Assembly (NCBI RefSeq): GCF_006345805.1
Contig: NC_043026.1
Location: 11,346,001 to 11,410,000, forward strand
Reading direction: 5' to 3'
Source of the DNA: Octopus sinensis
Taxonomy: Eukaryota
Length of the DNA stretch: 64,000 bases
The translations under genes and the position numbers were made by a program. The notes under the pieces were generated by a model that made no database searches, was not told the origin of the DNA, and saw nothing but the letters and a program-made list of their open reading frames with translations. This document shows, piece after piece, positions 37,901 through 50,120 of the stretch. How positions within the stretch are numbered: position 1 is the stretch's first letter; every line of letters starts with the position of its first letter.

Positions 37901-38342
37901 CGAGAAGTTATCGCGGCACGGAATTTCAGTGCCACCGACGTGTCCAAGGTGCGAGTTGGACGATGAAACCGTCCAGCACGCTTTTGTACACTGTCGGAAG
38001 TTGTCCGACTTGATAAGTTACGCAGAACACGTGTTATCGCATCTGGGACGAGTACAGCTGTCGGCTGAGTCTATGATTAAGATGATACCGCCAACTGGAC
38101 TCTCGAAGGAAGGTGAGGCATGTTTTCACTGCACGGTTGCAGTAGTAAAAGAATGCATGTGGCGAACAAGAATGGAAGGAGTCGCGATAGGATCCTTTGT
38201 CTCGGGCCCCGGCTTGCTCACTTACTTCAGATATCATCTGAAGAGCAAAATGGGGCTGGAAAAGAGGATCTTACCACGGGGTGTGTATGAGAAAAGATGG
38301 AAGGAAGTGGAAAAAAAGGTGGGTGTCAGAAACCCAGCTTAA
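34953..38342 (+). pseudogene. LINE ORF2 (APE endonuclease, reverse transcriptase, zf-RVT) with two in-frame TGA stops
   Basis: Motifs NVRG, GDFN, TDH, KSPGLDG, YRPITLLN, KAFDRV, RQGCPLSP, YADD and CPRC-x-ET-H---C. TGA at 37275-37277 and 37302-37304; reading frame unchanged across them. Confidence 0.9.
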
Positions 38343-38788
38343 CTATGGAGGGAGGAGAGGAAACAAAAGCTGCGGGGCCTTATAAATTGCCGGGGTTTAA
38401 AACTTCGGTAAGATCGAAAGTTTATGAAATGTTATATTATTCTATTGGTCACGTAAAGGACGAATTTTTATAATGAATAATCCAAATGTTATGGAAAATT
38501 TTTAATCGAACCTCTTAACTGTTTTTTGCATGTATGTCCTGTATTTGTCCTTCTATGTAACGATTGTATAATCATAATAAAGAAATATAGTTATTTTAGA
38601 CATTCAATTAATGAAATTAGTTATTACTTTCGGGAATTCCACTGCTGACTAAAATGGATCTTTTCTTTTGATAGCCAGAATTCAATACAATTTCTAGTTA
38701 ACTAAACAATTTGAAACTTCGTATACTGGTAGAATGTGTCAAAAGAAAACATTATTTTCACTTGGGTTTTTTGATAAATTTGTAATTT

Positions 38789-39206
38789 GGGCGATCTTTC
38801 GTCTCTAGTAGACCTTTCCGTCAATTTCCGTAAAATTTTTTTTTTTTATATATGGGCTTGCGGGAACTTTTGAAGTAATATACATACATATACACATACA
38901 TCGAGTAAAAAATTTCAGTTATCTCTTTCTTTCACACATTACTCTTGTCTCTTCACACACACTAACAGCACTTCACTTACACAACATACTGTCTGTCTCC
39001 CACACCCCATCAAACACACACACACACACATGTCCATCAATGCTCCCATGCACGGTAACTTCAAAAGAACTTCCCTCGTCATACAATCGCTTTCTCTTAG
39101 TCTCTTTCGCTCTCATTACTTCAAAAGTTCCCGCAAGCCCATATGTAAAAAAAAAAATTTTTTTACAGAAATCGACGGAAAGGTCTACTAGAAACGAAAG
39201 ATTGCC
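38789..39206 (-). mobile_element. MITE, second copy of the 23419-23844 family
   Basis: Same TIRs and interior, reversed. Confidence 0.85.
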
Positions 39207-39530
39207 AAAAGATCCACTAAAATACTTATTTTTATTTCCCATTTTCCAGTCTATTTTTGTTGTGGCTAATCTGGATATTCCATGGTGTCATTCAACCGTT
39301 ACTAAAATTTCATGACACAATCTAAAACAGTGATATGGAATACACGAAACGCACTACAATATTAGGCCGGTCACCTTTAGTCCCCATTCTTCATCAGTTT
39401 AATTACTTAGAAAAACACATTTAAAGGGAGAATGGTACGTCTTTTGTTTTTTGTTTTGACTCATGTAAAGCTTCTTCAGAATAATATTCGGAATGATGTC
39501 ACCGACTTTTATTGTACCTTCCGACTCTAT

Positions 39531-40304
39531 TCAGTCGATGAGATTTTGTAGATAAAGAAAATGTACAGAATTGCGTTGTTGTTTGTATTTCAAGTAAAAT
39601 TTTCAGTTTCGGAAAAGTTAACCATGACTGTTTGTATAATCATAAATAAAAGTTTTAGGAATAATGCGTATATATTTTTTAGGTGTTTATAGGCCCTGAT
39701 TCAGTCGATCAGATTTTGTAGATAAAGAAAATGTACGGAATTGCGTTGTGTTTGTATTTCAAGTAAAATTTTCAGTTTCGGAAAAGTTAACCATGAATGT
39801 TTGTATAATCATAAATAAAAGTTTTAGGAATAATGCGTATATATTTTTTAGGTGTTTATAGACCCTGAATCAGTCAATGAGATTTTGGTGATAAAGAAAA
39901 TGTACAGAATTGCCTTTTGTTTGTATTTCAAATAAAATTTTCAGTTTCGGAAAAGTTAACCATGGCTATTTGTATATTCATAAATAAAAGTTTTAGGAAT
40001 AATGCGTATATATTTTTAGGTGTTTATAACTACAAAACAATAGGAATAAATAAAAGTTTTAGGAATAATGCGTATATATTTTTTAGGTGTTTATAACTAC
40101 AAAACAATAGGAATAAATAAAAGTTTTAGGAATAATGCGTATATATTTTTAGGTGTTTATAACTACAAAACAATAGGAATAAATAAAAGTTTTAGGAATA
40201 ATGCGTATATATTTTTAGGTGTTTATAACTACAAAACAATAGGAATAAATAAAAGTTTTAGGAATAATGCGTATATATTTTTTAGGTGTTTATAACTACA
40301 AAAC
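39531..40304 (+). repeat. Tandem amplification of the ZNF promoter (3 x ~170 bp, then 4 x 66-67 bp)
   Basis: Units start at 39531, 39701 and 39870. Sub-units start at 40022, 40089, 40155 and 40221. Homologous to 33928-34090 (reverse). Confidence 0.85.
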
Positions 40305-40451
40305 AAGTACGTTCCGTCGTTTTTGTTTCCGAGTCGGTTTTTAATAATTTCTATTGCGAAAGTGTATATTTCAGATTGAATGGCGTCATGAAATTTATTT
40401 TTGTTGTAATTGAAGATATTTCACTAGAAACAGATTTATGTAGCATCACAG
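40305..40451 (+). promoter_or_regulatory. Predicted TSS motif and non-coding exon 1 of ZNF5
   Basis: GTACGTTCCGTCGTTTTTGTTTCCGAGTCGGTTTT. Donor ACAG|GTAAGA at 40451/40452. Confidence 0.6.
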
Positions 40452-40750
40452 GTAAGACATAATAATGCAGGTATTTTAGTAAAAGTATTTGGACTTGTAT
40501 AATGTAAAGCGTTTTGATGTTGCTTGTCAGACTAATGTAATAATTGTAATTATATTCCCCACCTCTAAAACTGAATATTTTTAATTATTGTCACCAGTTT
40601 TTATCTAATAAGTCCAGTGGTTATTTGTAAATAGAATTTTCAACAAATACCATTCAGATGGTGTATATTACGATTTTACTGTAATTTCAAGGTGTGGGCG
40701 AAAAATAAAGGTGGTGATCATTTTGCACATTTCATGAAAATAAATAATAT

Positions 40751-41761
40751 AATTACGGATGTGTACTTGCATAGCAAGTGACTTGATCTGAGATCGTGTG
40801 CTGAAATGAAAGCAATTGCAGCGTGGAAGGTGTTTGTAAGCCATTTAAGAAACACACAAAAGCCGTTCGATTCACTTCAACATTTAAGTTTAATTTGTCA
40901 AAATATTTTCGTCGCTTCAAGACCGCGACCTTCTCACTGACAAAACTTCGTGCTGCATCTCAGTAAATTTAGTCTTGACGTTTGTCCCTTCTTTAGGTTT
41001 AGTGCTTCGACTGTATGGTAAATCCTTTTCGGGTAAACTTCAGTGAGATGCAGTGTCTAATGAAATGAAGTTGTTGCTTAGCTGTTATTCTTCTCAAGCA
41101 ACAAGTAACGGCTGTCCTCAGAGTTTTGGTAGCCTGGCTCAAGCTTTCGGAATTACGGATGTGTACTTGCATAGCAAGTGACTTGATCTGAGATCGTGTG
41201 CTGAAATGAAAGCAATTGCAGCGTGGAAGGTGTTTGTAAGCCATTTAAGAAACACACAAAAGCCGTTCGATTCACTTCAACATTTAAGTTTAATTTGTCA
41301 AAATATTTTCGTCGCTTCAAGACCGCGACCTTCTCACTGACAAAACTTCGTGCTGCATCTCAGTAAATTTAGTCTTGACGTTTGTCCCTTCTTTAGGTTT
41401 AGTGCTTCGACTGTATGGTAAATCCTTTTCGGGTAAACCTTCAGTGAGATGCAGTGTCTAATGAAATGAAGTTGTTGCTTAGCTGTTATTCTTCTCAAGC
41501 AACAAGTAACGGCTGTCCTCAGAGTTTTGGTAGCCTGGCTCAAGCTTTCGGAATTACGGAGATGTACTTGCATAGCAAGTGACTTAATATGAGATCGTGT
41601 ACTGAAAGAAAAACAACTGCAGCGTGGAAGGTGTTTGTAAGCCATTTAAGAAACACACAAAAGCCGTTCGATTCACTTCAACATTTAAGTTTAATTTGCC
41701 AAAATATTTTCGTTCCTTTTAAGACCGCGACCTCTTCACTGACAAAAATCCGTGCTGCATC
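40751..41761 (-). repeat. 400-bp tandem repeat (2.5 units) with a hammerhead-like motif in each unit
   Basis: Units start at 40751, 41151 and 41552. A related fragment lies at about 23318-23403. Confidence 0.85.
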
Positions 41762-42171
41762 TGAGAAAGTAACAGTTAGTTCGTTATATATATGTACGTA
41801 TGTATGCACGCATGTATGCATGTATGTACGTGCGTACGCCTGTGTGTATGTATGTATAATAGAATTGAGGTTTGTGAATTATCCGACCCCGCATTTAAGG
41901 CTGTTTTCACATCAGATACCCGCATAATCGTAATGGTCACTACTTGCAACAAGTATGTGGAAAAGATTTTCTGGAAAATATCCTTATCTCAGAAAGCTTC
42001 GAGGAGAGAAACCGAAATTCCTCTACACATTTCCGAAAGCAATTTTCACGACATATTTCGATATAACACCAATCTGTATCATCGAGCATATATATCTCTG
42101 GGAAATTGTAAGAAAGTTATGAAGAAACACATTTATTGGGGCACACATCGGTTTAAACAGTATGGTTAATT

Positions 42172-42575
42172 ACTCTACTCTTTTACTTGTTTCAGTCGTT
42201 TGACTGCGGCCATGCTGGAGCACCGCCTTTAGTCAAGCAAATCGACCCCGGGACTTATTCTTTGTAAGCCCAGTACTTATTCTATCGGTCTCTTTTGCCG
42301 AACCGCTAAGTGACGGGGACATAAACACACCAGCATCGGTTGTCAAGCAGTGCTAGGGGGACAAACACAGACACACAAACATACACACACACACACTTAT
42401 ATATATATATATACATATATACGACAGGCTTCTTTCAGTTTCCGTCTACCAAATCCACTCACAAGGCATTGGTCGGCCCAGGGCTATAGCAGAAGACACT
42501 TGCCCAAGATGCCACGCAGTGGGACTGAACCCGGAACCATGTGGTTGGTTAGCAAGCTACTTACCACACAGCCAC
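42172..42575 (-). mobile_element. SINE family A
   Basis: Consensus match. Confidence 0.9.
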
Positions 42576-43055
42576 GAATGTTTATTTTAAACCATTCTCT
42601 AAATTACGATTAATGATTTTATAGAAATGAGTTTTAGAAGTTAGTTTCTGATTATGAACGGGTAATAATTGGTTAAACACTGTGAAAATATGTTAAAATA
42701 TTTATCTTTGGATGTTTTTAAAACAGTCAAATTGTCAACCGAACGCCTACACATATTTGACATTTCAGAAACTGACCGTGTGAATTATTGGTTATTAAAC
42801 ATGAAAACATCTTTATTGATAAAACGAATCGAACTCAATCCTTATTTATTTTGATGTATTATGGTATTAATAACAGAACCGCTATAGTTAGTGTGATGTA
42901 AGCAATCCATTTTTGCATTATTTACACCTTAAAAATGTGAAAGAGAGGTGGGGACAAACACAAATGCAGACACTCGCCTATGTGTGTGTGTATATATATA
43001 TATATATATAATGATAAATCTCAGAGCGAGTTATAAACAGTAGCGGTAACACATT

Positions 43056-43209
43056 GTGACGCATATTTGCCATTTGAATATGGCTAACCCCTAAGGGTGG
43101 ATGCTACTGTAGTTTGTAGCCCCAGGAGGAAATATCTTCCTGGGGCTACAAACTACAGTAGCATCCACCCTTAGGGGTTAGCCATATTCAAATGGCAAAT
43201 ATGCGTCAC
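43056..43209. repeat. Perfect palindrome, 72-bp arms, 10-nt loop
   Basis: 43056-43127 is the reverse complement of 43138-43209. Confidence 0.9.
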
Positions 43210-43908
43210 TATATATATATATACACACATATATATATACATACATATATTGATGTAAGAATAAGTTGTTCTATAAAGCTCGAAACATATGTACAGCAAC
43301 ATCCTTTGTGTCCTATTTTTCATTTTATTTCGTTTGATACATATATATATATATATATGTATTATGCATTGTGGCATAACCACAGATGTATACCGCCCCC
43401 AACTTTGTTGCCATATAACTTTCAGAAAAATGGATAATTTTTAACTGTTCAGGTAAATGTTTATTTCTATAATATAAGAAATATTCTAGAATTTCTATTG
43501 CTTTATTTTAAGTGTCTGCTATATCTTATTCTGTTTTTTTCTCTACTGTTTCAGAATAACAAATGACATTGGCATCTAAGAATGGTATACATCATCAATA
43601 TCCTTGTTTAAAGACTCAAAAGAAAATCTTATGCAGAACACATATAACTCTGCTTATATAAATCTTTGGAATATTACAGCCAAACATTTTCTCCTGAACT
43701 CAGATTGATAACAACAACTGCTTTCTTGACTGTCTGGAATGTGTCCAAGATTATTTCGCATCTGAAACGAACTTCAGTGGATTTATAAAGGGATTTGCAA
43801 CGTCCATGATATATCAGCAAAGATCACAGTAGTATAAATATTTATTAGCAATAAAATATATAAAAGTTAAGAAGATAAACACCTGGAAATTGTAGTGAGG
43901 AAAGAACA

Positions 43909-44778
43909 ATGATGGAAAATGAATTATGTGAGAATAAGTTTGAATCTAAATTACAGATTGGAAGCATTGGTTTTTCCAGTGATATAAAGGAAGAGAAACT
44001 GAAATCATCCTATCACTGTGATACCTGTGGTAAATCGTTTTCTCAAAGTGGTGCTTTAAGTAAACACAAACGTATTCACACAGGAGAGAAACCATATTGC
44101 TGTAATATTTGTGGTAAATCATTCACTCAAAGTGGCTGCTTAGTTGTACACAAACGAAGTCATACTGGAGAAAAACCATATCACTGTGATATCTGTGGTA
44201 AATCATTCTCCCAAACCTGTCAATTAACTCGACACAAACGCATTCACACAGGAGAAAAACCCTATCATTGTGATATCTGTGGTAAATCCTTTTGCGATAG
44301 TGGTGATTTAACTAAACACAAACATATCCATACTGTAGAGAAACTATATCACTGTGATATGTGTGGTAAATCATTCTCTCGAAGTAGCTACTTAACATTA
44401 CATACACGTATTCACACGGGAGAGAAACCATATCCCTGTGATATTTGTGGTAAATCCTTCTGCCATAGCGGTGATTTAACTAAACACAAAAGAAGTCATA
44501 CAGGTGAGAAACCATATCACTGTGATACCTGTGGTAAATCATTCTCTCAAAGTAGTCACTTATCATTGCACAAGCGTATTCACACAGGTGAGAAAACATA
44601 TCACTGTGATATCTGTGGTAAACCAGTTTCTGAAGTTGGTAAGTTACCTAGACACACACGTATTCACACAGGAGAGAAATCATATCACTGTGATATCTGT
44701 GTTAAATCATTCTCTCAAAGTAATCACTTAGCATTGCACAGACGTATTTACAAAGCCGTGAAACCATATTTCTGGTAA
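43909..44778 (+). CDS. C2H2 zinc-finger protein (ZNF5), 289 aa, 9 complete fingers (some variant), truncated by frameshift
   Basis: [12 protein letters not shown]-terminus. Ends KPYFW* where CACTGTGATA appears to be deleted. Degenerate fingers continue to about 46215. AATAAA at 46242-46247. Confidence 0.88.
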   Translation: MMENELCENKFESKLQIGSIGFSSDIKEEKLKSSYHCDTCGKSFSQSGALSKHKRIHTGEKPYCCNICGKSFTQSGCLVVHKRSHTGEKPYHCDICGKSFSQTCQLTRHKRIHTGEKPYHCDICGKSFCDSGDLTKHKHIHTVEKLYHCDMCGKSFSRSSYLTLHTRIHTGEKPYPCDICGKSFCHSGDLTKHKRSHTGEKPYHCDTCGKSFSQSSHLSLHKRIHTGEKTYHCDICGKPVSEVGKLPRHTRIHTGEKSYHCDICVKSFSQSNHLALHRRIYKAVKPYFW

Positions 44779-44791
44779 ATAATTTCCTTGA

Positions 44792-45500
<709 letters not shown>

Positions 45501-45777
45501 ATTCTCTCAAAGTAGTTGTTTAACATTACGCAAATATATTCACACAAGATAATACCCATATCACTGTCATATCTGTGCTAAATTATTCTCTCGAAATGGT
45601 CACTTAACATTACACAAATGTATTCACACGAGATAATAGACGTGTCATTGTCGTTTCTGTGGTAAATCATTCTTTCAAAATGATTGCTTAGCTAAATCAT
45701 AGAAGACAGAAGCTGTATCCATGTGATATCGGTGGTAAATCATTCTCTTGATTTAACTAAGTACATATTTATTCATA

Positions 45778-46087
45778 AGAAATATTGAATTTCTAAATCT
45801 CTCATAGAGACATGTACGGTGGTGGGGCGATAGAATGGTTGTATACTGTCAATCTAACAAGAACGTGACAGTAGGGGGTACACCACCGTTGTATAGCCCT
45901 AGGAGGCATCGAACGCCTCCTGATAGCTTTGACACATTTTTTTCCCTGTGTTCTTATATACATATAAGGACACAGGGAAAAAATGTGTCGAAGCTATCAG
46001 GAGGCGTTCGATGCTTCCTAGGGCTATACAACGGTGGTGTACCCCCTACTGTCACGTTCTTGTTAGATTGACAGTATACAACCATTC
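45778..46087 (-). mobile_element. Palindromic insertion (~125-bp arms plus 55-bp unique end) with 14-bp TSD
   Basis: CATATTTATTCATA at 45764-45777 and 46088-46101. Arms span 45833-46087. Confidence 0.8.
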
Positions 46088-46291
46088 CATATTTATTCAT
46101 ACAGGAGAGAAACCATATTAGTGTGTTATCTGTGGCAGCTCCTTCCCTCAAAGGAATCACTTAAACAAAGCATATAGTTATTCATATGCTACAGTATATC
46201 ACTATATCAGTGTGAAAATTCAGGTTGTCAAGGATTGTTTCAATAAATGATGAATTTATCTTGTACAGTATTTAGTATGTCTTTATTCGTG

Positions 46292-46635
46292 GAGGTGCAA
46301 TTGGCCCAGTGGTCTGGGCAGCGGACTCGTGGTTCGGTGTTGTGAGTGTTTATTGAGTGAAAACAACTAAGACAGGGGGTGGTGGCGAACCCTGCTGTAG
46401 TCTTCCACCACAACTTTCTCTCTCACTCTTTCTTCCTGTTTCTGTTGTACCTGTATTTCAAAGGGGCCAGCCTTGTCACACTCTGTGTCATGTTGAATCT
46501 CCTCGAGAACTACGTTAAGGGTACACGTGTCTGTGGAGTGCTCAGCCATCTATAGGTCAATTTCACGAGCTGGCTGTTCCATTGATCAGATCAACTGGAA
46601 CCCTCATCGTCATAGTAACCGATGGAGTGCCAAAG
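46292..46635 (+). mobile_element. SINE family C, body type c
   Basis: Homologous to 29647-30033. Confidence 0.8.
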
Positions 46636-47237
46636 AAGATAACCTTATTTGCCATTATTGCCCAAATTCCTGCTCTGAGTTATTTTTCTTAGCACTTTTT
46701 TTACTTTATTTTTCTTTTGTATGTATTGTGTATATGTTGGCATGGAGACATCATTTGACACCACCCCTCAGTCTCATATCTTGTGGTTGCTGCTAAAGCT
46801 GGGGTTTTTGCAGGTATATCTAGAGAAGAAATAATAACATGACATAAACAACAGGTGTCTTTTGACTAAGGACGAATTAAATTAAGTTGGCGTGTGTGAA
46901 AATGAAGCCTTACGGCAGGGATACAAGATTCCACAGGCACAGGGAGGAATATAGATGTTGCACGGACAACGGCCAGACCAAGAAAGAAAGAACAGGCTTG
47001 GCTGAACACCGGTCATGTGGGAAGAGAGGACAGAGAAGTAGAAGCAGAGGGGCAGAAGAATTAAGGAACCTCAAGTATAATCAGCCGAAATTGCAAAGAT
47101 AATCTGGTACTTGACTGAGGAAAGAAAACTTCGAATGACCGGTCCTTGTTTTCTTTGTATCGTCTATCTGGGTGTTTTGTTGTCCCATTTTTATATCACC
47201 TAACTGTCTGGATGCTTTGCGTTCTTGTCCCATTTTG

Positions 47238-47275
<38 letters not shown>

Positions 47276-48044
47276 CAACGTACGTACACTTTGGTCTCAT
47301 ATATATATATATAGTTAATCCAAACAAGAAAGCACAAAAACACACAACATGAGGACGTGGAACAAATATAGTATTATTGGACGCTCAGGAAAGAAGGAGG
47401 GTTTAACGTTTCGAGCGGAGCTCTTCGTTGGAAACATAGGAGAAGGAAAGATCCAGAGAAGGGAAGACAGAGGAAAAAAAATCGCCAACGATATATATAT
47501 ATATGACAGGCTTCTTTCAGTTTCTGTCTACCAAATCCACTCACAAGGCTTTGGTCAGCCCGAGGCTATAGTAGAAGACACTTGCCCAAGGTGCCACACA
47601 ATGGGACTGAACCCAGAGCCATGTGGATGGTAAGCAAGCTACTTACCACACAGCCACTCCTTAAATTTATAATGTTGACCAAAGACTTTTCTTCTCAGCA
47701 GAACAGGATACACACACACACACACATTCAATTTCATGGATACATAAATGCACACAAGCACACCTACACATGCACACAAGTACACAGTACACACACACAC
47801 AGTTTCTATTTATTTATATGTATTCGATACCTCGGCATTTTACGCACCCAACTTCAAATACTGAAATATCTCCTTTGCAATGACCTCATTGCTATTATTT
47901 ATTTTGCAAGCAGTGATAACGGGGCCAGCCCCCCCCCCCCGCCCCCCATGATCTGGCATACCCTGACTTAGTCACTCTTAATTCGGCCCTGTAATGCAAC
48001 AGGAATGTCATGTGCACATATAATTTCGAGATAAAATACTGTCT

Positions 48045-48080
<36 letters not shown>

Positions 48081-48238
48081 TCACTTTCAGCAGATTAAAT
48101 TTACACATACCCTCCCACCACACACACACACACACACACACAAGAGGGATGATGAAATTAACTTACCCCTTCCCCTTCAAAAGGATTGCTGGCCTTGTAC
48201 CAAAATTTGAATCCAGTTATATATATATATATATATAT

Positions 48239-49340
48239 ACTAGCATTATGACCCGTCGTTGCCGGGTCATAGTGCTAGTGCATGTATATATGTGTACATA
48301 TTACATGTACATCTATATATATACATCTACACATAAAATACAAAATTCACCGTCTTTGTCGGTGATCAATCCGTATTTCTTCCATTTTAATTTCAATGAG
48401 TTCGCGCCCACCGACAGCTGCAGCGAAATTCATTTTTGGACTTTCTTCTATCGAAGGCATTCTAGCAAAAATGCTTCCGTGTAAACGGTGAAAATATTGT
48501 CAATTTCCTCAAATAGGGACACAATTCAATTTTTAAACAATAACCAAAGCTCCTTCTCCCAAAGGGGGAGGGTTACAGTTTACAATTATTTAACAAATGC
48601 AACACAACAATGTTTCCTTTACGAGGAACCAACAAACGTGATAAAAATAGTTAAACAGTAATAATAATAACAACAAACCTTACGATGAATCAGAAAGCAG
48701 TAAGCAGTTGAAGCTTTAGTCCTTTATGTATAAGAAATAAACCAACAGCAGTACTCTGTAGAACCGGCTGTTCGAGAAAATAGATTTTACATACAGCCAA
48801 ACTTCATATAGATACTTAATGCTAGCTAATTAGCAGATAATCTAATGTAAAAGCACAGCTCCATCTGGACTATTCCATTTCTGCATGCTAATTTTATTTG
48901 TAATTTATTCCCATTCATGTGAAACCACTTATTCAAGTTCAAGTCATTGATGCAATTTTATACCAATTGCTATTTTTACTTTTGTTATGTTACGATTATA
49001 TTATACTTTAGTTTGATTTTAATTATTACTTACTACATATAATTCAATTATTATTATTATTTTTATTGTTAAAGTGAAAGTATCTGACATAAAATAGAGA
49101 AATGTTTTTGTTTCACTTTTAACACGTAATACTGAAATAGTGGAGAAGATATGATATTGCTATGGGTTCGCTCTAGGCAAAAAGTTGAACATTTTTTTTT
49201 GCCCATGAAACTACATGGACCCTAAGTAAGGCATGTGTAAAATTTGAATGAAATTGGTTGTGTAGTTCTCAAGTTTTAGGGAATCGTAGTGGAGAAGATA
49301 TGATATTGCTGTGGGCTCGCCCTAGGCAAAAAGTTAAAAA
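48239..49340 (+). mobile_element. Possible non-autonomous Helitron/Helentron-like element
   Basis: Starts ACTAGCATTATGACCCG. Contains AAATTTGAATGAAATTGGTTGTGTAGTT and a 50-bp direct repeat (about 49139 and 49288). Family resemblance judged from memory only. Confidence 0.35.
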
Positions 49341-49591
49341 ATTTTTTGCCGATGACACTCCCTTCCAGTCAAACCGTCCAACCCATGCCAGCATAATCAA
49401 CAGACGTGAAATGATGATGTATACATATATATATATATATATATATAATATCACATGACCGACCAGTCCATCAGATGTAGTTTCACATCGCTGGTCACAA
49501 TGCGTTCGCATTGTTTTAGCCTTCGAATGACGCCACCCCGCTGGCTAAGCGAGCAGGCCAACAGAAGAAAGAGTGGTGATAGAGTACAGCA

Positions 49592-49595
49592 AGGA

Positions 49596-49626
<31 letters not shown>

Positions 49627-49647
49627 GTACATATATATATATATATA

Positions 49648-49735
<88 letters not shown>

Positions 49736-50058
49736 TATACATATATATATATATATATGTACATATACATATATATATATATATATGTACATATACATAT
49801 ATATATATATATGTACATATACATATATATATATATATGTACATATACATATATATATATATGTACATATACATATATATATATATATATGTACATATAC
49901 ATATATATATATGTGTACATATATATATATATGTACATATACATATATATATATATATGTACATATACATACATATATATATATGTGTACATATATATAT
50001 ATATGTACATATATATATATATATATGTACATATACATACATATATATATATATGTAC

Positions 50059-50120
<62 letters not shown>
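49592..50120. repeat. Long (TA)n/(TATATGTACA)n compound microsatellite
   Basis: About 530 bp of AT repeat punctuated by GTACA and CA. Confidence 0.95.

Larger units (their letters stand above)
34091..38586 (+). mobile_element. 5'-truncated Tx1-like (L1 group) non-LTR retrotransposon
   Basis: ORF1 remnant with a CCHC knuckle, ORF2 with APE, RT and C-terminal zinc finger, 3' UTR ending AATAAAGAAATA. No TSD found. Confidence 0.9.

Noticed and set aside
40022-40290. CRISPR-like array
   Set aside because: Pure tandem repeats with no unique spacers, in a eukaryotic context.
31950-40750. Giant inverted repeats around the LINE as TIRs of a large DNA transposon
   Set aside because: They are the paralogous promoter, exon 1 and intron blocks of the head-to-head genes ZNF4 and ZNF5. 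The same block precedes ZNF2 and ZNF3.
47110-47145. Hammerhead at CTGAGGA...CGAATGACCGGTC
   Set aside because: No GAAA and no pairing stem I.
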